Source: Thelocarpon superellum (Eukaryota). From it: a stretch of DNA of 32,816 bases. Position 1 is the first letter of the stretch. The number at the start of each line of letters is the position of its first letter. The stretch lies in the NCBI GenBank assembly GCA_026025795.1, contig JAPEUG010000181.1, forward strand, positions 1 through 32,816, in the 5' to 3' direction. The position numbers and the translations under genes are program-made. This document shows positions 1-11,678 of this stretch, one piece after another. The notes under the pieces are model-generated. The model ran no database searches, was not told the DNA's origin, and saw only the letters and a program-made list of their open reading frames with translations.

Positions 1-42
1 GCCGGTGAGGAGACGTGGGCAGCAGCGCCTCGATCGCCCAGC

Positions 43-2739
43 ATGGAGAACGTCAACGTCGCCGAGCTCGTCGAACGGCTCGGCAGCGACAAGGACGCGG
101 TGCGCAAGATGGCGGCCTTCAAGCTGCAATCCAACATCGGAGACCCATCCTTCGCCGACCTCTTCAGCACCGAAGGCGGTCTGATCAAACTCCGCGCCCT
201 CGTCATGCATGCTACCGGCAACACCCTGGCCTACAGCCTGGCCTCCTTTTCAAGACTGCTCGAGGTCGACAAGGGATGGGACTACATTGATCGTGCACTG
301 GTTGAGCGGGTGCGCACCATCCCGTTCAGGTCCTGTTCTCATCGCCGGGGGGACGTGCTTGCTGACGCTGATCTTGACAGGTGGTGGAGTTGGTGGTGAC
401 GCATCCGTTGGTAAACATCCTCCGCGGGGCCATGTCCATCCTGGTGGCCATTGTTTCGCATCCGCAGCATCAGCCTGCATCAGGACGGAACTCGCAGGGC
501 GGATCCTTTGGCTTCCGTGCCCTAAAGCCGGCCATTGCCGTGTATCCACAGTTCCTGGAGATGCTGGTGAGCCGGCTGTCGTCGGCGGACCACGCCCTCT
601 GCGCCAATTCGCTACAACTGATCAACTCGTTGATGCGCGACGCCATCACCAACGATCCGGACGCCGAGTGGCCCAAGTTCATCAAGCGCCTGCAAGATCT
701 GGGGGTGATCAAGGCTGTCTATGTATGTGTCGGCCTCGCCCGACCAGAGCGTCGTGACTGATATGTAGTGCAGGTCCTGATGCAGAGTTCCGCCTTACAA
801 GATCTCGCCCACCCACTTCTTGAATTCCAGTCCCTCACAAAAGTGCTGCTTCGCAAATGGAGGGAGGTGGTGGTGGACCTGGAAGTGCCCGAACATCGAC
901 GAGGGCTCAAAGGCATCTATCTAGCCAGCAAACCTAATCGGCACGAGCGGACCGACTCGGTGGACGACCCGAAGAAAGGCCGCACGCACGACCCAGAGAA
1001 ATGGAGGCGGCTTGGCTTCGAGTCGGAGTCGCCGGCGTGGGAGTTTGTGAATGTGGGGTTTCTGGGCATGATGGATCTCACAGACTTTGTGAGGAAGCAC
1101 GAGGACGGATTTCAGAAGGTGAGGTGGACGGCCGACGGGGTCAACCTCTGATGCTGACCGTCCTCGCAGCTGTTGCTGGAGCAATCCGCCCAGCCAGCCG
1201 ACTCGCGATGTCCGATCTCGCGCGCCAGCCTGGCCGTGACATCGATCTTGTACGATCACTTCGACGTGGACAAATCGGATACCGAGGATGCCAAGAGCTA
1301 TCTGGCACTGGACGCACGGACGAATTTCGACAAGCTGTTCCGTCCACTTCTGCTCCAATGGTCTCGACTCCACACGGGCGGTTTGCAAGCCTTCTTCCGG
1401 ATCTGGAAAGCGACGGGGGCGGAGGTGGATGATTTCGACAAAGTCGCCGATCTGGTGCGCATCTTGATCGAGCAGGTCGTTGGTCAGGCTGCCCGGACCA
1501 AGGACGTGCGCGAGGTGGAGGACGAGTTCGTATCGTTTGAGTATCCACGACTTCGTGAGCTGCAAATGGAGCTACTGGAGCTCACGTACGAAGCGGCCTG
1601 GGGGCATCATCTGAGGTGGGCCCGTCTAATATGCCGTCGGAACCATCTGAGACTGACTCATCGTACCAGGCAAGTGCGAGAGGAACTCAAGCACGAAGCG
1701 CTCCAATTCGTCAAGGAGCAACGGATCCGATGTTTGCTCCAAGGCGCCTGGTTCCCCAATGGCCTTGGCTACAAGGCCGAGCATGGGCCGGTGACGAAGC
1801 AGGACCTCAAGCGCTCGGTGCCGTCCTCGTGGCGATATGTCCGACTCTCGCACAACCGACGATACCTTCACTACGCCGATTTCGACGTCCAAGGCGACTA
1901 CGAGCCTGGTCTGGACGCATTACCGGAGAAGAGTAAGCATGGGACAATCGCCGCATCACGCTGCAGTTGGTCTAACAGCGCGTCTCGCAGTCGACCTCTC
2001 CATCGTATCATCGGTAGAATCCAACGTCAGCAAAACCAGCAGCTCGTCGATCAAATCGCACTCATCGTCGTCGACGCTGAAAGACACCACCAAGCCGTCG
2101 TCCAGTACGAAAATCACGATCCACGGACACATGGCACGGAACGCACCCACGCGGCCAGACGAACTCAGTGGCGATGGCGGCGGCGGCGGCGGCGGCGACA
2201 ACGACGGGCCCCACGGCGGCGACAGCAACGGCGACAGTGCGAGGAGCGATGGGGAACAAGTACTTCTGACGCTCTTCCCGCAATCATATAGCATCGCGTC
2301 GGAATGGGTCGACGGGCTCCTGATGCTGCTGAACCAGCAACCGCTCACGGCGGAGACGCAGAAACTCGTGGAGCTGATTAGCAATTATGGGCTGAAGATC
2401 CGATTGCTGAATGTGCGCTTCGATGACGTGTTGTATGCGCATAGCCACGGCGGTGGTGCTGGTGGCGGGGGACATGGGAACGGAGTCGCCGATGTGAATG
2501 ACGAGGGAGAGGGAGATGGGGATGTAGATGCAGATGGAATTGGAGAGGGGGGTGCGGTTGGAGGAGGAGGAGGAGGTGAAGGAGGAAGAGGAGGAGGAGG
2601 AGGAGGAGTAGGAGGAGGAGGAGGAGGAGGAGGAGGGGGAGGAAGAGGAGCAGGGGGAGTGACGATACTGGAGCCTGAGATCCCATCGAGAGAGGATCTG
2701 GACGAGGACTATTACTACGACGTCTTTGGGGGGGCGTAG
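43..2739 (+). CDS. ELMO/CED-12 family protein (N-terminal helical region, ELMO domain, C-terminal PH-like domain). Exons 43-309, 381-722, 774-1118, 1170-1615, 1670-1932, 1991-2739
   Basis: ORF pieces join in frame across five GT..AG introns. Motifs typical of fungal ELMO proteins: 'KWRRLGFESESPAWEF..VGFLGMMDL', 'CPISRASLAVT', 'EALQFVKEQRIRCLLQGAWF', 'WRYVRLSHNRRYLHY'. Confidence 0.88.
2560..2659 (+). repeat. Imperfect (GGA)n polypurine tract encoding poly-Gly in the ELMO C-terminus
   Basis: Direct reading: ggaggaggagga... with a few substitutions. Confidence 0.95.
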
Positions 2740-2841
2740 CGTAGCGGGAGCGAAGCGGAGCGAGACCTGAGGTATCATTTTTGGTCGTGATTCAGCATTA
2801 CTGTGGTATTACTCCAACTGTCCATCACACGAGCATCCCCG

Positions 2842-2871
2842 CATGCCATGCCATGCCATGCCATGCCATGC
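2842..2871. repeat. (CATGC)6 microsatellite between the convergent ELMO and SDR stop codons
   Basis: Six perfect pentamer copies seen directly. Confidence 0.95.
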
Positions 2872-2892
2872 GATGAGGTAAGTGAACACGAC

Positions 2893-4001
2893 TCAGATAG
2901 CCACCGAGCCCGTGATGCGCTTAAACTCGCCCTCGATCTGATCCCACACCTTCTCCACGAGCCCGTCCGTCCTCAGGCCCGCGAGCAGCTGCACCACTTT
3001 CTCGTCGGCGCTCTCGCCCATCGCGTCGGTCGAGTAGACGCCGCTTCCGACCTGCCCGTTCGTACCGCGCGCGACGGCCACGCCGTCTTCCAGGGCCACG
3101 CCGGCGGCGGCGTCCTTGTCCGCGACGGTACCAGGCGGGTACCGCGCGCTCGTCGCCACGAAGAGATGGCGCTCGCCTGTCTCGACGATGGGGATGTAGA
3201 TGAAGGGTCCGATGACGGCAGACACGGCCTTGAGGACGGCGAAGACAGGCCCCGTGGTGCCTCGTGCGATGCCCGTCTTCACGGGGCCGGGGAAGTGGTG
3301 GATGAAGGACACCGTCGGCGCTTTCTTGGCCAGGCTTTCGAGAGAGAGCGTCACGATCGAGCTGGCGTGGCTGCGCTGCTGCATCAGCGGCAGCTTCCAG
3401 CCTTGGAAATCCGTCATGTTGATCGCTCCCTCCTTCGTCGCCGTGAACACGCTGACCACCCTCCGGAGATCCGTCGCTCTCTCCAGGAGCGGGAGGAGGT
3501 TGACGATGAATCGCGTCCGGGAGTGGACGGGGAGCGCGGCGGCGTAGTGGAGTCCTTCCGACGTCTCTGCATGCCCCAGCACAGTTAGAGACGCCGATGT
3601 CATATCCTGGTCATGACGACCAACGCGGGGAAAGTAGTCGTGGACGTACCGATGCCAGGCATCAACGTGCCCTGCGTCAGGAACAGGAGGTTGATCGTCT
3701 CCTCCTTACTCTTGATGTCCCGGCACACGTCGTCCACGGTGCGGATGAGACTGACGTCGGCCTTGATGAAGACGAATTTCCCCTCGGCGTTCAGCGCCTT
3801 GCATTCTGCCGCGATGCGATCTCCGGCTTCCTGCGAGCGGCCGATGAAGTACACCCGGGGTTTGCGGGTATGTCGGGCGAATTGCTTCATGGACGTCTCG
3901 CCGATTCCATTGGTCGCGCCGGCGAACACGGCCACGAGACCCGGAGGGAGAGCGGCCGCGAGCCGGGCATTCGACGCCCGCATGGCGAGGAGGGAGACCA
4001 T
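2893..4001 (-). CDS. Short-chain dehydrogenase/reductase-like oxidoreductase. Exons 4001-3650 and 3566-2893
   Basis: Rossmann motif 'VAVFAGATNGIG', plus 'YFIGRS', 'FIKADVS' and 'HHFPGPVKT'. One intron with GTACGT donor, CTAAC branch and CAG acceptor restores the frame. Confidence 0.88.
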
Positions 4002-4798
4002 GGCGGCGGTAAGCTGTGCGTGAGGAGTGAGTGCCTGGGGAAATGGCCCGGATGGGACGTCCAAGTTGTGGAGGGGTAACTAATGTCAAGTCTTGGCGGC
4101 TTGGATGGGAACGAGGATGAGAGGGTCCATGATGCCATCTGGTCCGGCACCCGCCCTCTTATCGACGGGCATGCCCCGCGAACCAACGGAGGCGCGGGAC
4201 ATCTTCCTTGACCGGACGGGGGCGCGGAAGGTGCGACAACATGTTGCCAATTGCCAACGGAGGGGGAGCTTCGGAGCTGCGGAGCATAATCTCGCCGACG
4301 CCGGTTCCGCCTACGAACCGAATTGCTGAAGGCGTCACGCCACTATGTTACTCACGTACTGCCGCTTTCCCGGGGCGGCGACGCCGACGGGAGCGAATTC
4401 CTCCGTAGCGCCGTCGGAGTACCGCGCACCACCCCGACCCCGTACTTCCCAACTTCCACGAGCTGCCGGGGGTCGCTCCGGATGTCCATCATGAAAGGGA
4501 CTCGATTTTGGTCCATGCGGGCCGGGTCGACACAATATTCTGGGTGTTCTTCAACCTAGGCTGAGAAGACGCCGATGAGACGCTCTCCAAATCATGTGGC
4601 GTCGCGAGGGTGGAGATCTGGGGATCGGACATCGACCTTGCTATCTTCATTCATCCATTCATCCATCCAGTCAAACATCCTACGTCCCTACATGACCATC
4701 CGTGTGTGCGTGACGCCCCTTTCTGAATCCCCCCCTTTTCCGCTCCCTTGTCCCGCGTTCCGGTCTCTGCACCAACGCTTCATGCATTCTCCCCCCCT

Positions 4799-7700
4799 TT
4801 AATCCGCAAGGACCATGCGCAACATCGCCAGAAACGCAGGCTGCAATTTATGAACCTCGGAAACAGGCGGTTTGACGGGTTCGCCAGCCGTGCGACGGAG
4901 GTGATCCTGCTTCTTCTTTCGTCGCGTCCGCTCCGCCTCCACGGGGTCCGCATTCTCATCTTCTGCGCTGGACGCGCTCGAATCGTTCAAGTCGTCCATG
5001 GTGAGGTCTTGCAGGTCCGCCTGCATCCATCCGTGTCAGCAACATGATCCTCCGTTTGGATTTGGTAAGAACAACGAGATGGACCACCTACCTCGTGCAA
5101 GCCAAAGTCATTCGCGCGAAAGGTGGCCGATCCCGGGGCCGATTCAACCGCCGACGTGCCCTCGGCCGCCATTTTCTGCCGGGTCTTGTCCTGATGCCAC
5201 TTCTTCCGCTCTTCCTGCCATTTGACCAGTGCGTCAATCTCAGGCATCGCGATCTTCTTGTCGATGTGGCCCACGTCCACGGCGCCTTGGAACAGCGCGT
5301 TCATATCCAGCTTCCCGCCCTTCGGCCCCTTGCGCAGGAAGTCCAGGATACCCTCCAACCATCCCATCAGCTGAGTGAAGAGACCGTTGTCGTGGATGTG
5401 CACTTCGTGCACGAAGTTGTAGAAGTTGTGCTCATGCCGCTGACACAGGTCGATGAAGGCTTGGACCGTCTGATTGGGATCCGCGGCCACGTCTTGTCGC
5501 TGTGCTTTGTCCACCACCTTGATGGCGTCGTCGGCGAAGGCCGCGAAATCGGTCACGCTGTTGTACACGTTGGCTGATTTGTACACCCGGATCAACGGCT
5601 CGTAGAAGATGGTGAATAGGTCGCGGAAGAGTTGAAGCGACACGGGCTATCACCTGGTCAGTCAAAGATATCCATCCCTCCCTCGATAGCCTCACCTCCT
5701 CCACGATGCTGAGCATCATCGCCTTGTCTCGCTGTCGCGTTAAGAGCTTGAGCATCTGCTTCAGGTAGGTGAACAGCTGCGCGCCCGCCTTCATCTCCTC
5801 ATCAACCTGCCCAAGTCAGCACCAAGGCCTGAGAGCCTCCAGCTCTCGCGGGGACACCCACATTCTCCACGGCGCTGTTCCACGCCACATATGCGTTAAA
5901 GACCTTGCCGATTTGCTCCGGACCGAGACTGGGCTCCAACGACTCGGCGCGAAGGATGGCGACGATGATATCGACGCCATCGATGGTAGCTTCGCTTCGA
6001 ATCTCGTTCTTGACGTTCTCATCGGCCTCGGTGAAGCCCTTCAGCTTCTGACAGAAGACGGCGTCGTCGATCTTGGACGCCAGCGCGTCAATCGACTTTT
6101 GGTAGGTGCGGATGCCATCGTTCAACGTCAGCGAGAAGATGCGCTGCATGAGAGACCGGGCGCCGAAAGGCTGGGCGAGGAAGAGATCCAGGATGCCGCT
6201 CATGACCATGGCCGGATTCGCGATCCGGATGACATTCTTGATCACCGTGTAGGGAATGAGTGAGTGAATCCGTTTGGCCTGCGCGAACACCTCGGGAGAG
6301 TTATCCTCGGCCAGGAAGATGTGGTAGATCGTCGCCGCCACTCTGCGACAGAATTAGCATGGGAAGCGACGTCCAACATCAGACCCAGTATGCCAGATAC
6401 ATACTCGATCCGCAGCCATTCCGCAAACTTCCGATACTGCACGCTGAGATCCTCCAGTCTCTCCTTCTCCCGGATCTCTTGAAAGAGCTTGGTCAAGCCG
6501 TCTGGAGGGACGAAGTTAGAGTACGCCCGGCGGATGCAGCATGGTGGGGCATACTTGTCTCGATCACGTCTCGTCGAAATCGTTCCATATACACGTCCAG
6601 CTCCTTGGCGCGCTGTCGAGCGATCTCGTAGAATCTCCGCTGTTCCTCGATCCGCTTCTCATCCATCTCCTTTCGCCGCTGCACATCGCCGAGCTCCTCT
6701 TCGTTCAGCTTGGTCGGATGCTCCGTCAGGAACAGCTGAATGGCTTGAGTCTCCGCGATCTGCGGGTTTTGCAGGATCGTGCGTAAAAAGGCGCGCAACG
6801 AGACCCGTTGTTCCTCCCGATAGAGGTGGACTGACTCCCGCGGCGCGTCGGTCGACACCCGAGGAGATTGATTGTTGGGGTTGAGCGAGGTCGATCGCCG
6901 GTGATTCGTTCCGCTCCGGACGGAGATGTCGTCGTGTACCCCCGTGGCCGAGGTCGAGACGGAGGAGAGCGAGGCGGCGTCGTCGTCACCGCCGAGACCC
7001 AGAAAGTGCGCCGAAGTGGAGGTCTTGATCTTGCGCGGTAAGGGCGGCAGCACCTTGCCGGGAACTTCCACGCGCAATCTCTTGTGCAGCCGTGCAAAAT
7101 CGCCATAACGTCGCCCGACGAAGACGGGCTCGCTGCCCTTTTGCTTGCTCCGAAGGATGAATTCCTGCCAGGTCGGTGATCAGCGCCCGCATCAAGGCTC
7201 ACCCGCCACGGAGGTCGTACCGCGTGGGTGTGATATCTCACGGTCCGCTTCACCGAGGTCATGCGCACCCCGGCGACGTTGACCTCCCAGCCATTGACCT
7301 CGGGAGCCTCAGGCATGTTGACGAGCAGGCCCTGCTCATTGGCCCCGCGCTCCACCACCTCGATCTCGGAGAATTTGATGCGCTCCTCGTAGCCAGACGC
7401 GGTGGGGATGCCAGAAACCATCATCAGCTCAACCAGCTTCTCGCATTTCATCGCCAATTTCTTCCGCTTCGTCTCTTCCAGCCGATCTTCCGCCGAAGAG
7501 ATGTGTTTGTTGGTGAAGGATTCCATGAACTACGCCGCACGCCATCAGCCATCAGCCATCAGCCATCAGCCTCACGACGGATCGACCACGGCCTCGTGAC
7601 CATGCGGGCAGCCTCACCACCTGGAGTTTATCCTGCCAGAATTCCTTCTCCCGCGCTTGATCCAGAAAAGGGAATTTGCGAACATGGTGGACGAAGATGT

Positions 7701-8077
7701 AACGCAGCAAGGGGAGGTCGGAGTCGACGGGGGCGACTTCGCCGTAGTCGGAGCGGAAGGGGGCGCCGAATCGCTGCAGGGCGGTGGGAGACGAGAGCTC
7801 ATTGATCTCGTAATGCACCTGTTGTGACAGGAGCTCACGCTTGAGGTCTGGACGTTGGTCAATGAGGTGCCTAGCACGCTTCTCCCGAGGCTCACCGACA
7901 ATGCTCTTGCTTCCCCGTCAGGATGTGGCCGGGCGGCGGCAGCAACGGGGGCTTCTCCGACAAGGAGCCGTTGACGGTCTCTGTCGGGGCTAGCTTGGGT
8001 GGCACCACGTCACCGTTGGACGCAGGCTTGACGGCGTGGACAGCTATGGGATTGGTGACGTCGGACGAGTCGGCCAT
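4799..8077 (-). CDS. PX-domain protein with PXB and DUF3818 regions (YPR097W-like). Exons 8077-7900, 7847-7618, 7529-7221, 7164-6555, 6501-6405, 6342-5862, 5806-5696, 5646-5092, 5020-4799
   Basis: Spliced translation gives 'QEHYLKRELL', 'ALQRFGAPF', 'PLLRYIFVHHVRKFPFL', the PX core 'RRYGDFARLHKRLRVEVPGKVLPPLPRK', and 'YREEQRVSLRAFLR'. All eight introns close in frame. Confidence 0.85.
7541..7571 (-). repeat. Heptamer tandem repeat (GCTGATG x ~4.4 on the minus strand) in intron 2 of the PX gene
   Basis: gccatca repeated on the + strand, seen directly. Confidence 0.9.
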
Positions 8078-9291
8078 CGTAGGTGCTTGTCCGGCGGTCG
8101 CGCACGCCAAGCGGGGATGATGTACGTTATTATTGGCCTTCACGGACGTTCCCAGACGTGCTCGAACAACTATGCCTGGGGGTTGACGGGGCGCATCGTT
8201 GACGGATGAAGGCGCGCACGGCAATCGAAGAAGCTCTGTTGATGAGAAGATTAACGCCTCGTGGTGGGGTCGGTCAGCAGCCCCGGATTGGGCCCCCACC
8301 TGGAGTGTGCAGGCTGCCCACCTCTGCTACCTACTAGTAATAGAAGAGCTACTGGCAGTCACTCGTGCCGGGCGATCGGTAGAGCCAGCCTGGCTGGACG
8401 TCTGTAGACGACAACGTGCACCAGCGAGAGAATCCGACGCCCGACGAAATACCTAGGTGCGTCCAGAGCTTGACCCTCTCTCGTCTCTAAAGCTACGGAG
8501 TCGGCCGGGGCTTGGTGACATGAAGGGGGCCTCGTTCTTACATCACCTCACCTAGAGTGTTTCCGGGGGTTGGGCTACCACGCTGCACCTGGGGCACGAC
8601 GGACGTGCCTCGCCCTAGGCTTGCCGCCTAGTAGCGGTACCAGAGGTGCTATTGGCGCATGACCGGTAGGCCCGCTGCTTCCGCCCACTTCGCAACAAGT
8701 TAGTTAGAGCTCTGCTGCCGGCAGGCCGACTGGACCCATTTCGCCCCACGATCGACCATCTGTCGATTCCAGCTTGGCCTCGGACCTCTGGTGACAAGAC
8801 GCTGGCTTACCAATCCACGTCAGAAATACCGCTGCAAACGTCCCAGGCAACGGTTCAAGGCAAGAGCGTTGTGGAACAGGACCACGGTGCTTTCATTTCC
8901 GGTTCCCGCTCGCGGACAAGTCCTCGTGGCTCTGCTGCGTCGGAGAAGCAGGGTCACGAGACCACGCGATGCCGGGCGCGAGTGGACCGACTGCAGCACC
9001 AGTGTCGGGCCGGCCGGGCCGTTGACCGGATTCTGTCGTCTGCCAGCTTGCACTGCACGAGCAGGGCACCTCTTCGACCGCTTGTGCGAGAGGTAATGTG
9101 ACCGCGTCTAGATGTTCACCTTCCGACGGCCTCATGTACACTCCCCGAACCTACTCCGAATGGTCGTGCAGTAAGCGGCACGTATATGCATCCCACGCAC
9201 GAGGACAACGTCAGGTCAAATTCTATCGCCTGAGACTGTTCGAAAGAATCTGCTCGAATATGGTACACGTGTGGTCGCGTCGCCACAGCCA

Positions 9292-11358
9292 CTATCGCGA
9301 CAAGGCAATATCATCGATGCGCAAGATGAGCTTGACCGTCTCGGCTGCCAGCTCGATGGCGCTGGTGCTGACCAGCAGCGGCTGCAACACCTTCTCGTCG
9401 GCGATGTTGGTCTTGACCCCACCGCTCTTGATGCTGACCCCCGCATTCTTCTCCCCGTACTCGTGTCGATGTCGTAGCTCCGTCACCACCTTGATGGAAT
9501 TGAGGCCTGCGTTCTCTGCCAGCGTCGTCGGAATGACTTCCATCGCGTCCGCGAACCCCTTCCAGCAGATGGCCTCCGTCCCCGTCAATGCCCGCGCTTG
9601 CTTGGCCAAGGACGATGCAATCTCAATCTCCGGCGCGCCGCCGCCCGCAATCAGTGCCCTGCCCGATGCCATCAGTATGCTGGGGAAACGCCAGGACGGC
9701 AGAGCGCGTACTTCTTCTTGACCAGGCAGCGCACGACGCAGAGCGCATCATGGAGACTCCGCTCGGCCTCATCCAGGATCAGTCCGTTCGCGCCGCGGCA
9801 CACAATGGATACCGTCTGTCCCGCGCCCTTGACGCCCGTCACTTTGACCGTTCGGGAGCCGGAGGACTGCACCTCGTCCACGAGCTCCGCCGATCCCAGC
9901 TTGTCCTCCGTAAACGAGTCAATGTCCGCGATGGGTTTACAGCCCGTACTCTGTCGTCTGTTAGCGAACATGCCCAGGCGCCTGACAATGAGATCGCTAC
10001 CTTGCAGATGAATTCCACCTCGTCCCGTTCAATGTCCTTGATCACCAGGATGTGTAACTTGGCCAGGAAATGAAGGCTCAGGTCATTGACCGCGTCGCGC
10101 AGGATTGACTTTTGGATCAACAGCACGTTGCACTTGGCCTTCTTGATCTTCTTCACCATGTTCAGGAGATAGGTCCGCTCTTCCTTGAGGATCTTGTCCA
10201 TCTGTCGGTAGTCGTTCACCACGATCTGATTCTCCATCTGCCACCCCCACAGTCAGTACGGGGCTATTACCCACTTTCGGCAGGATCCCTACGTCAGGCT
10301 TCGGTGGGCTCAGTTGGAATTGAATCAACCCGATCCGCGCTTTCTCCATCCGCGACGGTCCGCCGCCGCTCTTCGCCACCCCTTGCGTCAGGACGAGGCC
10401 ATCCACCATCTCGCTGTCCTCGATCGTTCCCCCGACCTTCTTGATGATGCGAATGTTCTTGAGATCCACGTTGTCGGCCGTCTTGATGTCAATCGTCTTG
10501 AGCACCGAGTCTACCGCCATCGGAGCTAAGAGATTCGAGTGTTGTGACACGATCTTGGATGACAGCGACGTCGTTGCCGCTTGGAGTAGAGTGGCACGAT
10601 CAGTGAGGGAGATGGGATGTGACATGTCGTGGAGCGTTTGCACCGCCGCGGCCGCCGCTCGCTGGAAGGCCTCGGAGATGACGGTCGGGTGGATGCCTGT
10701 AGACCATGAATCAGCCATGTGCTATGTGCCGCGTCCCATGCCGAGGAAATCGTACCCTTGGCAAGTAATCGGTCGGCAGCCCCAAGGAGACTTCCAGCAA
10801 TCACGACAACCGACGTCGTTCCATCCCCTGCCTCGACATCTTGCGCCGCGGACAGATCGACCAACATCTTCGCCGCCGGATGCATGACGCTCATGCCCTT
10901 CAACATCGTATTGCCGTCGTTGGTCTATGAAAGGTTAGGACGTGACCAAGAGCTGTACCGTTCCATCTACGCACAATGACAGTCTCGCCTTTGCCCGTTT
11001 GGATCTGAAAGACGTAAGTAAAGCGATACGCTCTTACGAGCCGAGTCGTACCATTTTGTCCATGCCTCGTGGTCCCAGCGACTGGACGTATCATGTTAGA
11101 GATATTTGGGTCACGTCGTCAGTGGAGCTCACGGTTCGGATGGCGTCGGCAACAGCTGCGTGGCTATCAGTGCGCTTCCGCCAAATATGTCATGGAGACT
11201 GATCCATACCTCTCGCGGCAACAATATTGGCCGTCCGCACCGCCATCGGCTTCTCCTTATCCTACTCCCGTGTCAGTTGGGGCGTGCTCTCCATGGAGCT
11301 TGTGACGGACCTTGAAGGCATTATTGGTGGAGTTGGAGGCCGCCTTGGGGTTGGCCAT
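9292..11358 (-). CDS. CCT4: T-complex protein 1 subunit delta (CCT/TRiC). Exons 11358-11311, 11261-11210, 11155-11133, 11081-11052, 11004-10975, 10924-10756, 10696-10293, 10237-10001, 9950-9712, 9658-9292
   Basis: 'DKEKPMAVR', '[18 protein letters not shown]', 'TNDGNT', 'GDGTTSV', and the delta-type segments '[23 protein letters not shown]' and '[13 protein letters not shown]'. Confidence 0.96.
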
Positions 11359-11678
11359 TGTGATCTTGGTCGTCTAGTCTCCTGAATCGGCACAGTATCA
11401 TAAAGTAATCAAACAACGGAGGCCAGAGATCACTTTTGGGGGAGATGCAAACTCCATGGCCTGACGCCTGCGAAGTTGCTCAAGATTCAAATTTGGCGCT
11501 AGCTGTATTGGGATAGCAACGGTACTGATTACCTAACGGGCCAGTCTCGCGCTCAGCTCATCCGCGAGACATCTACGCCTCCAGGCGCCTGCCACACAAC
11601 GTCCACCTCTCACTCCCCGCCCGTCCGCCAGACCTCGACTACACTCTCTCCTTGCTCGCCATCGCCTCTGAAGTCACG
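11359..11678. promoter_or_regulatory. Short bidirectional promoter region between CCT4 and RPT1
   Basis: Head-to-head start codons 320 bp apart. Individual sites were not identified. Confidence 0.6.

Noticed and set aside
4541..4620. TPP riboswitch-like start (GGGTG...CTGAGA)
   Set aside because: The downstream TGATC / TAAT / AGCG P4-P5 elements are missing, it is not in an intron, and no thiamine gene is adjacent.
11580..11600. Rpn4/PACE-like GTGGC cores near RPT1 (and at ~27110 near RPN10)
   Set aside because: Only partial matches to GGTGGCAAA, too short to support a call.
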